A stretch of DNA of 55,751 bases, filler included, from Sluysia triapertura (taxonomy: Eukaryota): assembly GCA_046118255.1 (NCBI GenBank). It is 4 parts of 4 records of this genome, joined end to end, with 100 filler letters (N's around TTAATTAATTAA, not from the genome) between each part and the next. Parts side by side here need not be neighbours in the genome. Positions count along the whole stretch, not along the records: positions 43,650 to 55,751 come from JBJNIA010139503.1; 3 more parts are not named here. One strand, given 5' to 3'. The position numbers and the translations under genes were made by a program. Under the pieces are notes generated by a model. The model had not been told where the DNA came from. It did no database searches and was given only the letters and a program-made list of their open reading frames with translations. Shown one piece after another: positions 52,681-55,751 of this stretch (position 1 is its first letter; each line of letters starts with the position of its first letter).

Positions 52681-54809
52681 AGTGATTCATTTGTTTGAAT
52701 TATTTTGTATTTTATAAAATTTGTATGTTGGTCAAATTTGACCAAGCTTGGTAAAAGTTGTGATTCTTTTTGTCATGAAAACTTAGAGGATAGTAAAACT
52801 ATTAACATCAACGTGGAACTGTAGTAAATCTAAAATTAATTCCCAATACCATCATTTCCCAGGATTTTCTTATAAAGTCCTATATATAAATTTTCAGACG
52901 GATAACTCCTAACGGATAATGTTGCAATTAAATTACGAACGGGAAGCATCCGTAAACCACTTATTGAACAATAATATGAATCGTTTATCGTCTTGTTTCA
53001 GTCGTTCTAGTTCTATTTCGATTTGTTTCAAAATACATTTTATAAATGTTAAGTACGTATGAAATTATGAAGTAAAGTTAGGTCTTAATATAATATTTGA
53101 ATGATATTATAATACTATAATATTTGAACGATATTTATTTTCTTATTATCCATTTTTTAACCAATCAAATATGGTTTTAGTTTAGCAAAATATAATTAAT
53201 TAATAATGTTCGACAAATAATTTAGAAAAGTAAATATTAAAAACCACAGTGTTTTAATAATCTTATAATACTTATGCAACGACAGTTATAGTCAATTTAA
53301 ATGATTAATTTTATTTTTACTGAAAACATCTGAAAAAAATTCAAATCATTTAAAAAAACAATTTTATTAATTGTATCTTTGTTTCAGTCACAAATTAATT
53401 AAAAACAAAATCGTTTTCTCTTTTAGACAGTTTAAATGATGTTATTTTCTACAAAATATTTCAAGACAAAATGACAAAAATTTGATTTCTCGTTTGAGAT
53501 TTGTGTGGGTAAATTAACATTCATTTGTTAGGTTATTATTACCATAACTACAGAAAAATGTATTTATTGTATATAAGTTATGAAAATCGCATTAATGTTG
53601 TTTAGTGTTGTGTAGAAGTACATTGTTTGTGGGACATTTTGTGTTGGTACTGTTGCGAGTGTTACACCGTAAATAAAATAATAAAACTTTCAATTAATCT
53701 TTTACACATGTTACAAAATCTTTTTTCTAGTTATTTTATTTATAATAAATATTTGTTATTTATTATTTAATTTTATTATTTATAACATCATTTAACAATT
53801 AATTTTTCTTTATTTAAAAGTAGTAAGAGGATTATTATTTTACAAAATTAACACTTTCAAATTTTAACAACTGAAATTAATTACTGAACATTCACCTTCT
53901 GAATTATTAATCAAGTTATCGATATTGCATTTCAATCAAAATCAAACTATTTTTAATCTAAATTTTTTCAATTCCGACAACAGTTAGTATCTTATTCTAT
54001 CGCAGTCTCTAAATCTGTTTACCTAAAGAAGAAAAGTAAATATTCTATGAAATTTTATTGATATATATTTGTTTTAAAATATATATATGTGAGATGTAAT
54101 AACAATAAAATGTTTTAAAAATTACTAAGTGAGTCCATCTACGATCCTAGTCTTAAGAGTTACGGCTAGTCAATTTTTAAGAACACTGTAAATTTAAAGT
54201 TATCGAATAACGAATTTTCGATCCGCCTTTGGCGAAGTTAATTGAATTTTAGACCTTACTAGATATTTAGGTTCCGTATACTCGCGCGATTAAACTTTTT
54301 ACGTACACTTAAATATGTAAATACTTAACAATGGGTCCACTTACGTTTCATGATTAAGCCTAGCGCGTCGTGCACGTAAGATTTATCAATGTGTATTCTC
54401 CTTAGGAGGGTTTCTGCAATAATTATTTTTTAATATTTAGTTAAAGACATGCCTTACACTTCTCATTATACGACTGCAACGATTATGATTTCTTAACAAA
54501 CTCCTATAAATGTATTATATGTTTTCTTTCAATATAAGCAAAATAAATGTTAATGTGCGTCCATCTATAGAATACGATTTCCACTTCACGAAGTCGTAAT
54601 TAATTTAACTAGATTAAACAAACGAAAAATTTATTACTAAACACTTTATTCACTCAACTATATGTTGTTTAAACGAAATGTATGTAAGATTCTACTTTGT
54701 ATTATGGATAAATTCAACTTATGTGAGTTCCTTACGATGTTAGACTTACTTACTTAAGGGCTAACATGTAAGTGACACATAAAATAAGATTAGTTAAATA
54801 CGAAAAACA

Positions 54810-55360
54810 ATTTTTATTGAGAACTTCTTTAACTTCTTGGATGTCAAAGTTCACAGAAAGTCCAATGGGATAATTTCAACGATTTGTTTTCGTCTTATTG
54901 CAGTGGCGATTTTAAATAATAACTTTGCGTAAGATCCCGATTAAAGAGGATCTATAAACAAAGAATTTAATATTTAATTCAACGGTATAAAGGTAGATTT
55001 TAAATGGGAATTTGAAACGATATAAGTTAATTAATGCGAGAAAGTAATCGACTTTATTAAAACAATGTAAGTGTAATCAACTGATTTATATTAATACAAT
55101 GTTCGAAAACATTAAATTATATATAAGTAATATAGTATGATTATAATTGCAAAGCCAAACTATTTTATAAGGTTAAAGCATCAAAGGATATTAATCTAAG
55201 TTTAAAAACGTAATTTAAAAGGAAGTTTACTTTAATCTAATTAAAGGATTTTATTAATAATTTAAATGGATATTACACCCAATTAAAATTTCGTTAAACT
55301 TAAATAACCAAACTAACGATGATTTTCGAAAACAAAAGATCCTTGTGCACGAAAATATCT
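54810..55360 (+). mobile_element. Highly decayed Penelope-like RT C-terminal remnant
   Basis: ENFFNFLDVKVHRKSNGIISTICFR resembles Penelope FLDV-I-R---G---T--YRK; downstream KTKDP. Confidence 0.45.
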
Positions 55361-55751
55361 TCGTAAATAGAAGTAAACAAAATGTTCTTTGAAATAAACA
55401 GTGTCCTCGCGAACAAAATTTTAAATAATATTTGAATTGCGTTGTTATTGTTTTAAATTTGTGTTCAAAAATTTATGTTTATATCGTGATTTTTCTTTGT
55501 TTGTGCCATTTGATATAGTAAAACAAAATTACACAATTTGATTTGATAAAACAAAAAGTATTTTAAAATTAATATAAAATTAAATATTGTTTCATTAAAA
55601 AATTAATTTATCGATTGAATAATTTTATAAATATTTTCCAAATTAATTTGTCAAAATATATAATATTAAGATTAAAATATTAATTTTAACATTTAAATTG
55701 TAACAGTATAAATCAATTAAATGTAATAAAATCTATAAATAAACATATATA

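Overview
AT-rich, intron-containing animal (protostome-like) genomic scaffold, mostly transposon debris. It has four N gaps, three carrying an artificial TTAATTAATTAA stop-codon linker, so adjacency across them is unproven. Host genes: four minus-strand exons of an IR25a-like ionotropic receptor (S1, M1-M3), a complete 3-exon gene for a ~193-aa four-TM protein, and the terminal exon of DHTKD1. Mobile DNA: (1) a decayed Ty3/Gypsy LTR element ordered LTR - acidic ORF - chuvirus/gB-like envelope - protease - RT, with the env split by a 2.7-kb insertion; (2) three copies of a 161-bp TG...CA LTR-like unit holding a tRNA-Ala-like Pol III cassette; (3) a Maverick/Polinton remnant; (4) two fragments of a restriction-like-endonuclease non-LTR element; (5) piggyBac and pogo MITEs, plus piggyBac and Penelope remnants. 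All protein assignments come from manual translation and motif recognition, not database searches.
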